Source: Nemertoderma westbladi
Taxonomy: Eukaryota; Animalia; Xenacoelomorpha
Direction of reading: 5' to 3'
DNA: 64,000 bases
Assembly: GCA_032718475.1 (NCBI GenBank)
Contig: JAUCBJ010009151.1
Coordinates: 1 to 64,000 of the forward strand
This document shows positions 12,051 to 24,664 of the stretch, one piece after another. The first letter of the stretch is position 1, and each line of letters opens with the position of its first letter. Under the pieces are notes generated by a model. The model saw only the letters and a list, made by a program, of their open reading frames with translations. It did no database searches and was not told where the DNA came from. A program made the translations under genes and the position numbers.

Positions 12051-13171
12051 TGTAATTGGTTTGCGTAACGAACTATTGGGATATATGTATTTGCGGTACG
12101 ATGAACCGCTACCTGCCGTCCGAGATCAATTCGACGGAATGCATCTGCACCGGAGGACTCGAGGCGAGGATTAGGAGACGCCAAAGGTCTTCAGTGTATA
12201 CAAGTTATTCTACAAATGCGGTGAATGCATGAATAAACAAGACGTGGCGATTCCCGATCGACTGAACGAGCAACATCCTGAACTGATATTAACGCAATGT
12301 CAAGCTCACCAGTTCCTTAGATACAACGAGGGAGGTTACCCGATGAGCAACCCGATGATCAGTATCGACTTTAGCGGAAAGCGACCTCCGAGACCCATTA
12401 CGCCGACCGTTACGACTTTAGATCCGTATACGGAGATTAAACCTGTTCGACACCCAGTTTGATAGACACGGCGGCGGCCATTTCGCTATACCGAGCCTAT
12501 AAAGACCTAGAGGCGCGGCACGAAGCGGCACGGGACTCGAGTTCCTGGACCACGTTCACTTCGCTTCACCAGGAAAGGAAGGTCACGCCTGAGTATCCAG
12601 ACGAGATTCGCGCCGTCCATCCGTCTACTAACTATACCCACGATCCGCGATTTATACGATATTTTACTTCAAATTATTTCGGGAAGTTTCGACGCACGCA
12701 CTATTAAGCCCGAATATGTCCAATCCTTTATATATCATCGTCGCTCTGATATATACGTCTAGAATTATTACCCAGCGCACAATTGGCGGCCTAAGGAGAC
12801 TCGTTTGGGGTCATTGACCTCTGAACGAGTGGAGGATCAGGACCGCCGTGCCCACAGCGACAACAGCCGGAGCTCACAGCTCGCGGCAAGTACCAGAAGG
12901 AGGAGTCATTGGCAAGCGTCAAACCAAGGACGAGCAGTTCCATTCTATAAAGTTGCAGAAGGAGGAGTTGGCGGAGGCGCCCACAGGGACACGGCAAATG
13001 GGACGAGGCCGAGGGAGGAGCACCAGTCGGGAGATAGTCGGTGCCCAGGGAACGTCGTCGCCGGTTCCAGGAAGTGACGCCTCAAGAACGCCGTCAACAG
13101 AGTCTACAGGGGGTAGACTGGTGTATCTGGAGAGGGGAGCGAGCCCGAGAGACCCAGGAGCTAGCCGATGA
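12051..13171 (+). pseudogene. Decayed accessory ORF downstream of the element B integrase; function unknown
   Basis: Chain of coding-like segments (12051-12462, 12459-12707, ~12730-13171) joined by stops or frameshifts; preceded by CTAAC...TTATCCACAG acceptor-like signal. Confidence 0.45.
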
Positions 13172-13693
13172 GACTATAATATCACAGACCGACAAACTCT
13201 AGACATATACATCATCGTCGCTCTGATGTATATCGTAGGTTTTGATCAATCATTCGACTGGACTCATATACACTAGTCGTATCCATATTTTAGAATTTTA
13301 ATTTCGAAGGCCGAAAAATATTGAAAGGAAATACTTTTACTTTATAGTCCGTTGGAAATATGATTTGAGCCTATACTATATTTGATTTTGTGTATATGAC
13401 TTTATTTGCTCTAAAGTTTATTGAAAGAGGCAAAGGAAGTGATTGGGGAGACAAACCCGCGGGTTTGGCTTACTCCTTTCACTTACCTGAGCAATCATCA
13501 AACCAAGATGATTTGCGTTTTTTATAAGAAATTAAGTAAAGTCCGAAAATGAAAGAAATTATTACGTATTTTATATTTAATTTGATTATCGGCCTTTAAT
13601 GCAATTTAGTTAAAAATTTAGCCTCAAATACGTTTATATTTAGTTTATCTTGTTAATGTTGATCGTTAATTTGAGATGGGAAATGGGGGACAT

Positions 13694-16126
13694 TGTCCTA
13701 GCCATGTTCCATTTCAATAGGTAGACCGTCAATTTGTAAATAAATGAAAGAGATAATATTTTTGTAAATTTAATTTTGTATGTAGTAATCATTATGTAGA
13801 ACGAACGAGAAAACAGTATTTTTGTAAATTTTATTTGTATGTAATAATCGTTAACATTGAGAGATAATATTTTTGTAATTTTAATTTGTATGTAAATTCA
13901 TTATGCAATATCTATGGCAATATTTGTAAATAGTAGAATTATTATAGTATCAAGTTATTTAGATTATTTGAAAGCGAATTATTTTATTTGTATACATCGC
14001 CTTATACTCTTCTACAATTGGAGGGAAACATTGTATGATTTCCCTTGGAGCTGTGTTACGGTATATGGCGCTGTACTTACATTAGTCCGTGTTATGCAGT
14101 ATAATTATATTAGCGCGTTATACAGTATAATTATATTAGCCGTTATACAGTATAATTATTTAGATAAGACATAATAACGCGCAATGACATTTAGATAAGG
14201 AAATTAAAACGCCCATATATTTTGAATTCATCCATTTTGTATAGTATGTAGCCCTACGTACGTAATTTTGTAATAAGATATAAGTAAATAGTTCCAGGGT
14301 AGCAAGTTTCCTGTTGGACCCTGGATATAAGCTTGCTGTTATTAGCCTCGATAGGGCCAGCATCCAGGGACGCAATCCTAACCATTCAGCAGCCAGGGAC
14401 ATGATCCATTACCATATATGGTAATAATTTGCGATTTGGAAGCCCTGAGGTTCACAATCCGGCTTCCTTATTGGCCCAGCTGTTCCAGGTTGGTCTGATG
14501 GTGGGGCGGATTGGGGAACCAATGAGAGGAATATTGCGTCATCCCTGTTGCATCACCTATAAATTGGCTGTATTTCCGGTATGTGCATCTTAATCTCTAG
14601 TTATCTAGTTATCTTAATATCTCAGTTGTTACCGCAGTACCAGTGGCAGTATTGTAGTTTGTTTCTGGTTTCTGTTAATTGTTAATCTTTCGCCTATCTT
14701 TCTGTATTTCTCAATCAATTACTGAAAATTTCGACTTTGAATTATGATTTCTACTTTTGTTTATTAATTCCTATGTGATTTAAGATTTGATAATCCCACG
14801 GGATTTCTTTAGACCGTCAGACTGTTTGTGATTGCATGCGCCGCTACGGTAGCTATTCATTCTAATGGAGGGCTAAGGTACCGGTAGGCGGGCGCACTGG
14901 GGGGAAGCGACGGAAGGGAGTGCAGAGGATCCAAAGCGGGGCGACGCTGGCGGGGGCCACTGTTGCGGTCGGAGCTAGTCAGTTGAGGACCGGGGACCAG
15001 CCGCTGTTACAGTATTAGGGGGCTGACGATCCAGATTTCCATCTCTACTTTGTAGTTTTAGGGGGGCAGAATTTGGGTTTAGTTAGGAGTCCCATGTGTG
15101 GCTTTGGGTGACCTGTGGTTCTTACACTGACTGATTGATTGGATGACTAATACTGGTATACTGATGTATTAATGTACAGGTATTTAGTGCACTAGCTGAT
15201 TGGTGTAGTTAGCGCTATCTGCCGTACTGCCGTACTACTAACTTAGTGCTACGCTATTTGTGTTGTGTTGCTAAAGAGTGCCTGATTCTTAAATGTGAAT
15301 GCTTAGATAGGCGCCTTTCCCTTTGATTGATTTCCATTTCTTAGTTTATGCTTATTAATTGCTAATTAGGTCAAATTAATACCGCATTTAGACTGTTGCT
15401 AGTATAAGCCCCAGTACGTAATAAATTAGAAGTACGTATTCTGGAATATCTAGTAATTAGTATGCGAATTTGTATTGATGACTGTAATTAATTTAGCGAT
15501 AAAATAAAATAAGAATTTGTACGCAGCATAGCGGAGAGTAGTTTAAGTAATTGTTTTAGAATACTGTAGACTATTCACGCTAGGCGGTTATTTGAAAATA
15601 GCGGGGCAACGGACTGACAGCAGTGTCCAGTATACAGCCGTACAGTACAGCAGTAGTAAGTTTGCTGGTCTAAAACCAGCCAAAGGCCAAGTTTCAGCAC
15701 CTAGGAAAGTAACAGATCTATCCCCCTTAACATTAAAACATTCTCACATTCAATGTGTTCTGCCAGTGAATTCCAGTATTTTGCGATAAGTGAACTCCGA
15801 GTGCTAGGTCACCCGCACTCGTTTTAAGTAGCTTAGGGAGCTGATTCGGGTTTATTGTTTTGGTTATTCCCGCGTGGCTCATAGATTCGAACAGTTAGCT
15901 CTCTGTTGAGCGATCAACAGAGAAAGGAACAAGCGATTTCCAGGAGCCGTAGAAAATTAGTAAAATATATTAGTGGACGGCAGGTTAGCGCCATCCAGCG
16001 GTGAGTAGCAGTTTTGTGTTTAGCAGCAGTGCGGCACTAATAACGCGCTCCTGATCGCCCCTGTTTAACAACGCTACCACCGACCTTAGCTTTTACCACG
16101 CACCTTAGGCATTCCTACTCATGACA
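13694..16126 (+). repeat. Putative long 3' LTR of element B
   Basis: GAGATGGGAAATGGGGGA (PPT-like) then TGTC at 13694; candidate GACA end at 16126; internal ~55-bp repeats at 13750-13900 and a Pol II-type promoter. Right end uncertain and no second copy. Confidence 0.45.
14470..14630 (+). promoter_or_regulatory. Pol II core-promoter-like cluster in the putative LTR
   Basis: ATTGG/CCAAT boxes, GGGGCGG, TGCGTCA, TATAAA at 14558 and TCAGTT at 14622. Confidence 0.5.
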
Positions 16127-16378
16127 GCATGTGCTACTGAACCACTTGAACAATTTTGTACAAATATCTATACCAAATACAACAAGAACTTAATATAATC
16201 CTTTAAATGAACCTAACAATTTAATACAAAATAATGCAAATCAATTCAAACTAGATATTTATAAAATTTTCATGGATCTATTTTATATTAATTCGATACA
16301 CCCCCAGGCGGGGTAAATGGAAACCAGTAAAATTTATGTACATAAATAAATAGAAAATAAATTGAATACAATTATTAG

Positions 16379-19152
16379 TTATGGAGATGCGAGACGGGAA
16401 AGTGGAGGGCAGTCGCTGCAGTTCAATGCATGATATCGTCGTGTACATGGGAGGTTACAATACTGACATATACATTCGGTGGATAGCGAGTGGAAAGGCG
16501 TTTGGTTGACGCAGATTAGGTGGTGGAACCCATGGGCGGTCGCACGAGTAATAACGTGTCTGTTACGCTGACCTGCCATCTTCCAATGGGAATTCTGGAA
16601 TCCGGGGCCGTCCAGAAAAGATTCTGTGATGAAGTTGTTGTTACGTTCGCATCGGTGCTCGCAGTATCTGGCAGAGACGTCATCAGTTAATAAGTCTGGA
16701 TATTTCAATAGTACTGCGGCCATAAATGGAGGTTCGTTAATCAAGTTTAGAGCGAGTGTAGAGGAGGCTGATGTGTGGAGAGACAACATTCTTTTGATGT
16801 GTTGAGTCTTTATTTTATCCAATTCTTTAAGGTTCTGTAATGTTAGGTATTTACCAATACTAGTTATTAGGTAGAGTGCTGAAGGGGCAATTTTCATGTT
16901 GAATATTTTTAGTCCTGTTTCAATAGAGAGTAAACGGAGATGTGTCAGTGAACCGATCGTTGAATAAGCAGTGGCTTTCTTTAACTGGATGTGCTCAGAG
17001 AAGCAGAGGGACGGTTGAAGGACTAGTCCGAGATACTCGTAACGGTTGACGATTTCTATGGGAGTGTTATTGTAGGTAAACTTGTCTGCGCGAGCTAGAC
17101 GCCCGGCTTTACGGAATTTAATAATTTTAGTTTTCTTTAAGTTTACAGTCATTCCGTTTAGGAGGCACCAGTCATATAACGCATCGAGAGCGCGTTGTAG
17201 TTCCTCGCAGTCATCGGAATACAGTGCCAGATCATCTGCGTAGAATATCAGTTTAATAAATCGACACACCCTAAGTATTGTGTGGGCGAGATCGGCGATA
17301 AATATTATAAAACATGTTGGGGATAGACAATCACCCTGGAGGATTCCGCGAAGTTGCTTAATGGTTTTCGATAGACGGAGTCCGTCGTATATTCGGATGT
17401 CATTGTTTAGTAGATCTTTAATTATACCGTAAATCTTCCCTTTAATACCAAAGTTATATAACTTGTAAAGAAGAACTGCCCTTGGGACAACATCAAACGC
17501 CTTCCGGAAGTCGACGAACGCGACGAAAACAAATCGCTTGCTGGAGCCAGTTCGCCGGAAGGACGCCGAGATATCGGCAAGAAGTTGCTCCACCGCGTGG
17601 CGAGTAGACCTCCCCTGCATAAATCCATATTGGACCCCGGGTATTAGGTGGATTACGTGTAGGCGAATTCACTTATTAATTATCGATGTAAATAATTTCA
17701 GGAGAACCGAGAGGAGAGCGATTCCTCTATAATTATCTGGATCTGTTACAGAACCTTTTCGTTTGTAAAGGATCTTTATGATACTCTGATACCACAGTGT
17801 TAGTAATTTCCCGAGGTTAATAAGGCATTGTATAAGAGTGTTAAGGGGACTAGAATAAATACGATGGTGGACTTTAGGTGTTCATAGAACAGTTGATCGG
17901 GGCCGCAGGATTTATTGTTCGCAGAATCGCGGATGGTTGCCGCAACTTCCTTGGCTGTAATTGGTTCATTGAACCATTCAGCGGAGGTTTGCTCACTGTC
18001 GGAAGAGTCGGGAACCGTTGGCCAGGATGGCGGGATGTTAGGGGTACCGACGAGGTTGGAGAAGTGGGACTCCAGCCTTGTGGAATCTATGGGGGCGACT
18101 GAGGATTGTGTATCCTTAAATAGGAGCCAAGGTTTCACCTCGGCTTTATTGAGTTTTTGTAAGAGGCAGTTGTCCTCGTACTCTTGTCGTTTCGTTTTGA
18201 TTAGCTTCTTATACTGTTTACGTTGATTCCAGAATTCCTTATTGTCGTCGCTAGACTGTTCGCGTCTCCTCATTGCCAGTAAGAGGGAACGCTTAAGTCG
18301 TTGGCAGTCAGTATCGAACCACGGTTTACCAGCGGATTGTTGTGGTTTCTTAGGGATCGTCGATTCCGTTAGTGTTTGTGTCAGTAGTGTAGTCGCTAGG
18401 TCAATATCTGAGTCTTCCAGAGCATTGCTGATTCCACTGGCCAATATAATTGGGTGTACCCCAAGTTTATTAATGTCGATCTTTCGGCTTAACATGGGAG
18501 GTCGATAGTCTATATCTATAAGAGGGTCGGGAATATAAATTGTTGCTGTAACGCGTTGGTGTTTTCGGATCGGGTTAGTGGTTACAGTTATTGTATGCGT
18601 CTGATTTGTAGGACCCAGGAGTCTTACGAACACTAGGTCAATACAACTCGTTCCCTGTGGAGAGCAATAAGTTGCTACGGTTGGGTCGTTTAAACATATA
18701 AACCCTAGGTTGGACAGATAGTCGCTGAGATTACAACCCCGGTCGCCGGAGTCGAGACGGCAGTTGAAATCCCCACCGATTATAGTGGTTTTGTTTGGGT
18801 CAGTTTGTGCAAGCGCGCCTGCGATGATGAGAATAATGTCTTCAACCCGGTGGTTTGGATTGAAGTAGAAAACCGCTATGTTGGATGCCCGAGTGTTGAT
18901 GATAATGAACTGTTTTTCTGTTGCGATAAGAGATGGATCTAAATTAGGTTTGCATAAGATAGAGAGTCCCTCTGAAGGGCGCCCCCTTCTTTGAGTGACG
19001 GCTGGTTCTATAAATGGATAATAGTTATTTACATTACACAAAGTTGATTTCGAATAAAATGTTTCAGTTAGTAATAATACATCGTCATTAATAAATAGCT
19101 CATCCGGGGTCAGGTTATCTAGAATAAACTGTAGCCCTTCGACGTTCCACAC
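16379..19152 (-). pseudogene. LINE ORF2: AP endonuclease, reverse transcriptase and C-terminal Cys/His motif
   Basis: WNVEGL, LTET, GDFN, IDLVF; NYRGIALL, FVDFRKAFD, QGDCLSP, YADD, YEYLG; GFHHLIC...CICQYC...HALNC. Frameshift at ~17801 and in-frame TGA at ~17670. Confidence 0.92.
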
Positions 19153-19178
19153 AGAGAGTTTAATCGATTGGGGGAGCG

Positions 19179-19952
19179 CTATGGAGGGGGTGGGTTGCGG
19201 GTGAGGTTGTCGTCCCCCGAGACCGCGGTAGCTGAAGTTGCGACTGTCTGCAGTAAACGGACCGGGTTTGGGTTGAGTAATCGAGGTTTGAGTCCATATC
19301 GAACACGTTCTTCGTCATTGAGTGCATAGTTCCGGATGCTGATGCCTGCACCCCAGGCATCGGGGTTCATTAAGGAATCTCGATCGACTTGATCACAGAT
19401 CACGTGGAAGCTAATAAACAGGGAGTCTGTTCTTGGGATGATGGGTATTACTTCCTCGAAGGGGAGTTCCTCCTTGGTTAGGTAGTTGCTAACCTCATCG
19501 GCGGTGACGGACGGATCTAGTCTGCCTATGTGGATGTGAGCCTTTCGGATTGTTGGCATTTTCTGTTGGAGCTGGGGAACTCTGAGAGTGCCACCAACCT
19601 TGTTCCCGCGAAGAGATTCTGGTCGAGGTGTGCGAGGTCCTGTAGGTAGCCTAGTGAGGTTAGATTCGCGGTGGACGTATGAGGTTGGGGTTGATTCCCA
19701 GCCCCGAACCGGAGGGCTCGATGTTGGAACCGGAACCGTTTTGGCGTGGAGGAGCTCGTTCTTTGCAGCAATTGTTTCCTCGCGAGATTCGGCGAGTTTA
19801 CCGAGGGTTAGTGTGTACATAGAGCTCATGGCGATAAGTTTTTCGGATACTGATTTATCTTCGTCGACAGTTACTGATTTCTTTCGCTTGAAAGATTGAA
19901 CTAAACGAATGATATCATCTTGAAGCGCTATAAACTTCGCGGCTTCCACCAT
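19179..19952 (-). CDS. LINE ORF1 (coiled coil plus RRM-like C-terminal domain)
   Basis: 257 aa; IHIGRLDPSVTADEVSNYL...SFHV...LMNPDAWGAGISIRNY resembles LINE ORF1 C-termini; lies upstream of ORF2. Confidence 0.75.
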   Translation of the reverse strand: MVEAAKFIALQDDIIRLVQSFKRKKSVTVDEDKSVSEKLIAMSSMYTLTLGKLAESREETIAAKNELLHAKTVPVPTSSPPVRGWESTPTSYVHRESNLTRLPTGPRTPRPESLRGNKVGGTLRVPQLQQKMPTIRKAHIHIGRLDPSVTADEVSNYLTKEELPFEEVIPIIPRTDSLFISFHVICDQVDRDSLMNPDAWGAGISIRNYALNDEERVRYGLKPRLLNPNPVRLLQTVATSATAVSGDDNLTRNPPPP

Positions 19953-20122
19953 ATCGCAATAATACAGATAATAATCAGATAGTACAGTAGTAATACAGAA
20001 GTAGCAAAATTTGTAGGTCAGTAGTAGGTAGTCCAGTAAAATACTACTGTAAAAATAATGCTCTATATACTAATACCGGTACAATGTGATCATGTTCATG
20101 GATCTATTTAAGATATAATTCC

Positions 20123-20202
20123 ATACCGACCGGAAATTGCTACACTCATTTAGCCACTGTTATACCAACTGGTAATCGCTGCACTCGTGTAGCCACTGTT
20201 TT
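20123..20202. repeat. Isolated ~2 units of the 39-bp satellite
   Basis: Same sequence as the array starting at 32352. Confidence 0.9.
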
Positions 20203-20229
20203 AGTGTTTTCAGTGTTTTCAGTGTTTAC

Positions 20230-22260
20230 AGTGTTTTCTTCCAACCTGAAATTGACTTTGTGGGTTATAGGATTTCACACAATAGTATCCAAGCCCACCC
20301 AGACAAAGTTAATGCAATAACAGAATTTTCAATTCCCAAAAACAGGACCGACTTAAGGAGTTTCTTTGGTCTCGTCAATCAACTCGGGGCATTCTCGCCA
20401 GAAATTTCCCATACTGCACAACCACTTAGAGGCTTGCTCCAGAAGAATCCTGAATTTATTTGGACAGCAGACCACAGCATAGCATTAAAGGCAGTTAAAA
20501 ATACCTTAGTCTCTCCCCCAATTTTAGCACAGTTTAAACTGGATACTGAGACAGAGTTGCATTGTGATGCTTCCAGGTCAAATGGCCTGGGGTTTGTATT
20601 ACTCCAACATCAGGAAGAACAGTGGCGCCTTATACAATGCGGTTCGCGATTCCTACAAGATGCCGAAACGCGGTATGCAACTATAGAGTTAGAAATGTTG
20701 GCGATTCTCTGGGCTCTAAGAAAGTTACACCACTTTCTGATGGGATTAGAATCATTCACAGTGGTCACTGACCACAAACCGTTGATCCCAATAATTAATA
20801 ACCGCACATTAAATGAAATCGAAAACCCTAAGCTACGTTCATACATTGAGAAAGCCTCTGGTTATTCCTTTACTGCACGCTGGAAATGTGGGAAGGATCA
20901 TTGCGCTCCTGATGCTTTATCACGCGCCCCAGTATCCCAACCAGAGGCCGATGATATATTAATATCAGCAGCTGTCAACACAGTGTCAACTGAAACCATT
21001 ACTAGATTCCAGGAATCTTCAGACGATCCTGTTCTAGAGAGTATCAAGGAAGCAGGAAATAATGATCCAGATTATACAGCATTGAAATCTACCATTATAT
21101 CAGGGGATGATATCAATAAAGTAAATCACCCGTATGTACAACTATTCCGTAAATGCTGGGATAATTTATCTATTCATAGCGGAATTGTGCTTTTGGACTC
21201 TGTCCGCACTATCCCACCTCCAACATTTAAAACGGAAGTTATTAAACGTTTACATGAGGGCCACCAGGGTATTGAAAAGGTAAAGAGAAGAGCGAGACAA
21301 ATGTTATATTGGCCTGGTATGACAAACGACCTAACGGAAATGGTGAAGTCGTGTGCAGAATGTCAGCGTCTCCTACCCAGTAACCCACGCGAGCCCATGG
21401 CAGCAGATCCGCTTCCATCATATCCCTTCGAAGTAACATCTGCCAATATTTTTTATGTAGATAATGGCGTGTTTCTAGTCTATACAGACAGGTTATCGGG
21501 ATTCCCATTAGTTGCATCTTGGCGTAACGACCCATCATCACCACAAGTTATTAATGTATTGCGGGAATGTTTCGTGATAATGGGAGTACCACAATTATTA
21601 CGAAGCGATGGTGGGCCTCAATTCGATTCCGAGGTTATGCGACTCTTCCTTTGCAATTGGGGAGTAGAATGGAGGCCATCTTCACCAGCATACCCGCAAT
21701 CGAACGGCCATGCTGAGGCGGCAGTACGATCAGTAAAGCGTATTGTTGAGAAAACTCAAAGCAATAACATCCATAGTCCAGCTTTCCAAGCTGGACTATT
21801 AGAGTATCGAAATACTCCTAGAGTGGATGGGGCAAGCCCGGCTGAGATTGTTTTCGGACGTCAACTTTGCAGTCGAATTCCAGTCCACCCCAACTTACTA
21901 AAATCGAAACCACCAACCTTCGAACGGATGGAAACATCTGTAAGAAAAAGTTCTGAATACTATAATGTTCATTCAAAGTCACTGTCACAAATTTCAGTCA
22001 ATACACCAGTTATTATACAATGTCCTAAAACAAGACATTGGACAAAAACTGGGGTAGTAGTGGAAGTGGGGAAACGTCGAACATATATAGTAAAACTTGA
22101 CTCTGGCAAAGTATTATGGCGGAATAGACGATTTTTACGCGAAATTCCTAAAACTGAAAGTAAACCCACAACCACAACCGATGAAAATTCGGAAAACAAT
22201 CCGGTACTAAGGAGAAGCAACCGAATATATAATCAACCCGAGCGACTCTCTTATGAATGA
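20230..22260 (+). pseudogene. pol: 5'-truncated Ty3/Gypsy (Mag-like) pol: RT end, RNase H, integrase
   Basis: LHCDAS, YATIELEMLA, VTDHKPL, HEGHQG...YWPGM...CAEC, LRSDGGPQF, SNGHAEAAV, WRNRRFL; similar to element E. Confidence 0.92.
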
Positions 22261-22299
22261 GTCCAAATCGGATTCTAGAATACTTTGGACTGGGGGAGG

Positions 22300-22475
22300 T
22301 GTAATGATTGTTTATACAATCAACAATCTGAATTAACTGTGAACCACAATATTGTTTATTAGAGGGAATTCCCATTTCACAGCTATCCGCAATGCGAACT
22401 AATAACTCTTCATATTAATACTGAATACCAGCTGAAGTACTTTATCCAGTGGTTATTGGGTATAGCATTATATCA
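22300..22475 (+). repeat. Putative 3' LTR of the truncated Gypsy element
   Basis: PPT GGGGGAGG then TGTAATG; the end is either ...TATATCA (22475) or ...ATTACA (22522). Confidence 0.55.
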
Positions 22476-22602
22476 TAGGGATATTGTGTATGGGGAAATT
22501 AATTCGCTCTGTGGCGATTACAATTGAATAATTATGACTAAAGTTAATTTATCAAATCTTTGAAAGATTTTAGTTACTTTATTTCATTTAACATTTAAAT
22601 AT

Positions 22603-23511
22603 TGTTTCACTGCATTCAGTGAAAAAGTGGGGTTTCAAATTATTTCACTGCATTCAGTCAAATTTGTGGGAACTTCCATTTCTGCTTTCAATAATGTTTT
22701 CAGTTTTAGCGGTCCCAATATCAAATAACCCACCCAATTTCAATAACCAGTACAAACAAAGAAGACTGTCGCATTCATTACTTCTTTAATCTACTTGTCA
22801 AATTACAGAACTATATACATAAACAAAACATACAACCATATCTCGAACTGTCGAAAGTAGTAAAGTTACGTAAAGATTCGAACCAGTTCATATCCCATTT
22901 GTACCGGTAATTAAGATATATAATCACTATATAAATCAAAAGGAATTATATATACAAGTTCATGGTATATATGGCCTATTAAATTACGATTTCCCATCTA
23001 TATACAGACTGCTGAATACAGGTATATATAGAGAAACTGGATAGGTACCGGTATTATTACTTTTGTACACCAAACATTAATCAGGTACTCTTAATACAAA
23101 ATATATTAAGACAGCTGAATACAGGTATATATAGAGAAACTGGATTGGTACCGGTATTATTACTTTTGTACACCAAACATTAATCAGGTACCCTTAATAC
23201 AAATATATTACCGTCCCATACGACGGTACGTTATTTCATTTTAGTACAGTATTGTTAGAATGACGGGTTAAGATCAATAATACAACTAATAATACTCTAA
23301 AGTGTATTATTGCGGTCCTTGTACGGCGGTTATGGTACTGCAGTAAAGTTACTGCGGTAAGCCGGTAACGGTACAGTGGTTACATAATGGCCCTAGGCCT
23401 ACTGCCTTAGCCTACATCAGTCAGATACTAGATGTGCAGTTGTAGTACTGCAACCTGCACTATTTTGGTGGTAGTAACATAATATCGCACCCATCACCAG
23501 TCTGCCAGTCG
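22603..23511 (-). repeat. LTR C, outer copy, cut by the assembly gap
   Basis: Colinear without indels with 31282-32190 and shares its diagnostic bases. Confidence 0.9.
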
Positions 23512-23611
23512 NNNNNNNNNNNNNNNNNNNNNNNNNNNNNNNNNNNNNNNNNNNNNNNNNNNNNNNNNNNNNNNNNNNNNNNNNNNNNNNNNNNNNNNNN
23601 NNNNNNNNNNN
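23512..23611. other. Assembly gap (100 N)
   Basis: Run of 100 N. Confidence 1.
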
Positions 23612-24601
23612 TTTCACTGCATTCAGTGAAAAAGTGGGGTTTCAAATTATTTCACTGCATTCAGTCAAATTTGTGGGAACTTCCATTTCTGCTTTCAATA
23701 ATGTTTTCAGTTTTAGCGGTCCCAATATCAAATAACCCACCCAATTTCAATAACCAGTACAAACAAAGAAGACTGTCGCATTCATTACTTCTTTAATCTA
23801 CTTGTCAAATTACAGAACTATATACATAAACAAAACATACAACCATATCTCGAACTGTCGAAAGTAGTAAAGTTACGTAAAGATTCGAACCAGTTCATAT
23901 CCCATTTGTACCGGTAATTAAGATATATAATCACTATATAAATCAAAAGGAATTATATATACAAGTTCATGGTATATATGGCCTATTAAATTACGAATTT
24001 CCCATCTATATACAGACTGCTGAATACAGGTATATATAGAGAAACTGGATTGGTACCGGTATTATTACTTTTGTACACCAAACATTAATCCGGTACTCTT
24101 AATACAAAATATATTAAGACAGCTGAATACAGGTATATATAGAGAAACTGGATTGGTACCGGTATTATTACTTTTGTACACCAAACATTAATCAGGTACC
24201 CTTAATACAAATATATTACCGTCCTATACGACGGTACGTTATTTCATTTTAGTACAGTATTGTTAGAATGACGGGTTAAGATCAATAATACAACTAAGAA
24301 TACTCTAAAGTGTATTATTACGGTACTTGTACGGCGGTTATGGTACTGCAGTAAAGTTACTGCAGTAAGCCGGTAACGGTACAGTGGTTACATAATGGCC
24401 CTTGGCCTACTGCCTTAGCCTACATGATGTAGTAACATAATATCGCACCCATCACCAGTCTGCCAGTCGTAATTAACCTATTTCTGTTTCAGTCCAACAA
24501 ATTAGAATTAAAAGCAATAGGCTCGTTCTTCATGCCCTTCTATATACAGACTGCTGAATGCAGACCGCAAATTGAGCCATGGCCTAATACTGAGCGAAAC
24601 A
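23612..24601 (-). repeat. LTR C, inner divergent copy adjacent to the PPT
   Basis: Same LTR family, but lacks the ~50-bp CAGATACTAG...TTTTGG segment and has a different segment at ~24530-24570. Confidence 0.9.
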
Positions 24602-24664
24602 CCTCCCACCCGAGTCTATGCTTTTAAATTTGAAATAGATTTTAATCTATTCAGAATTCTTTTT

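Larger units (their letters stand above)
16284..20094 (-). mobile_element. Full-length APE-type non-LTR retrotransposon (LINE), 3.8 kb
   Basis: TSD TTCATGGATCTATTT at 16269-16283 and 20095-20109; ORF1 plus APE-RT ORF2. Confidence 0.9.
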
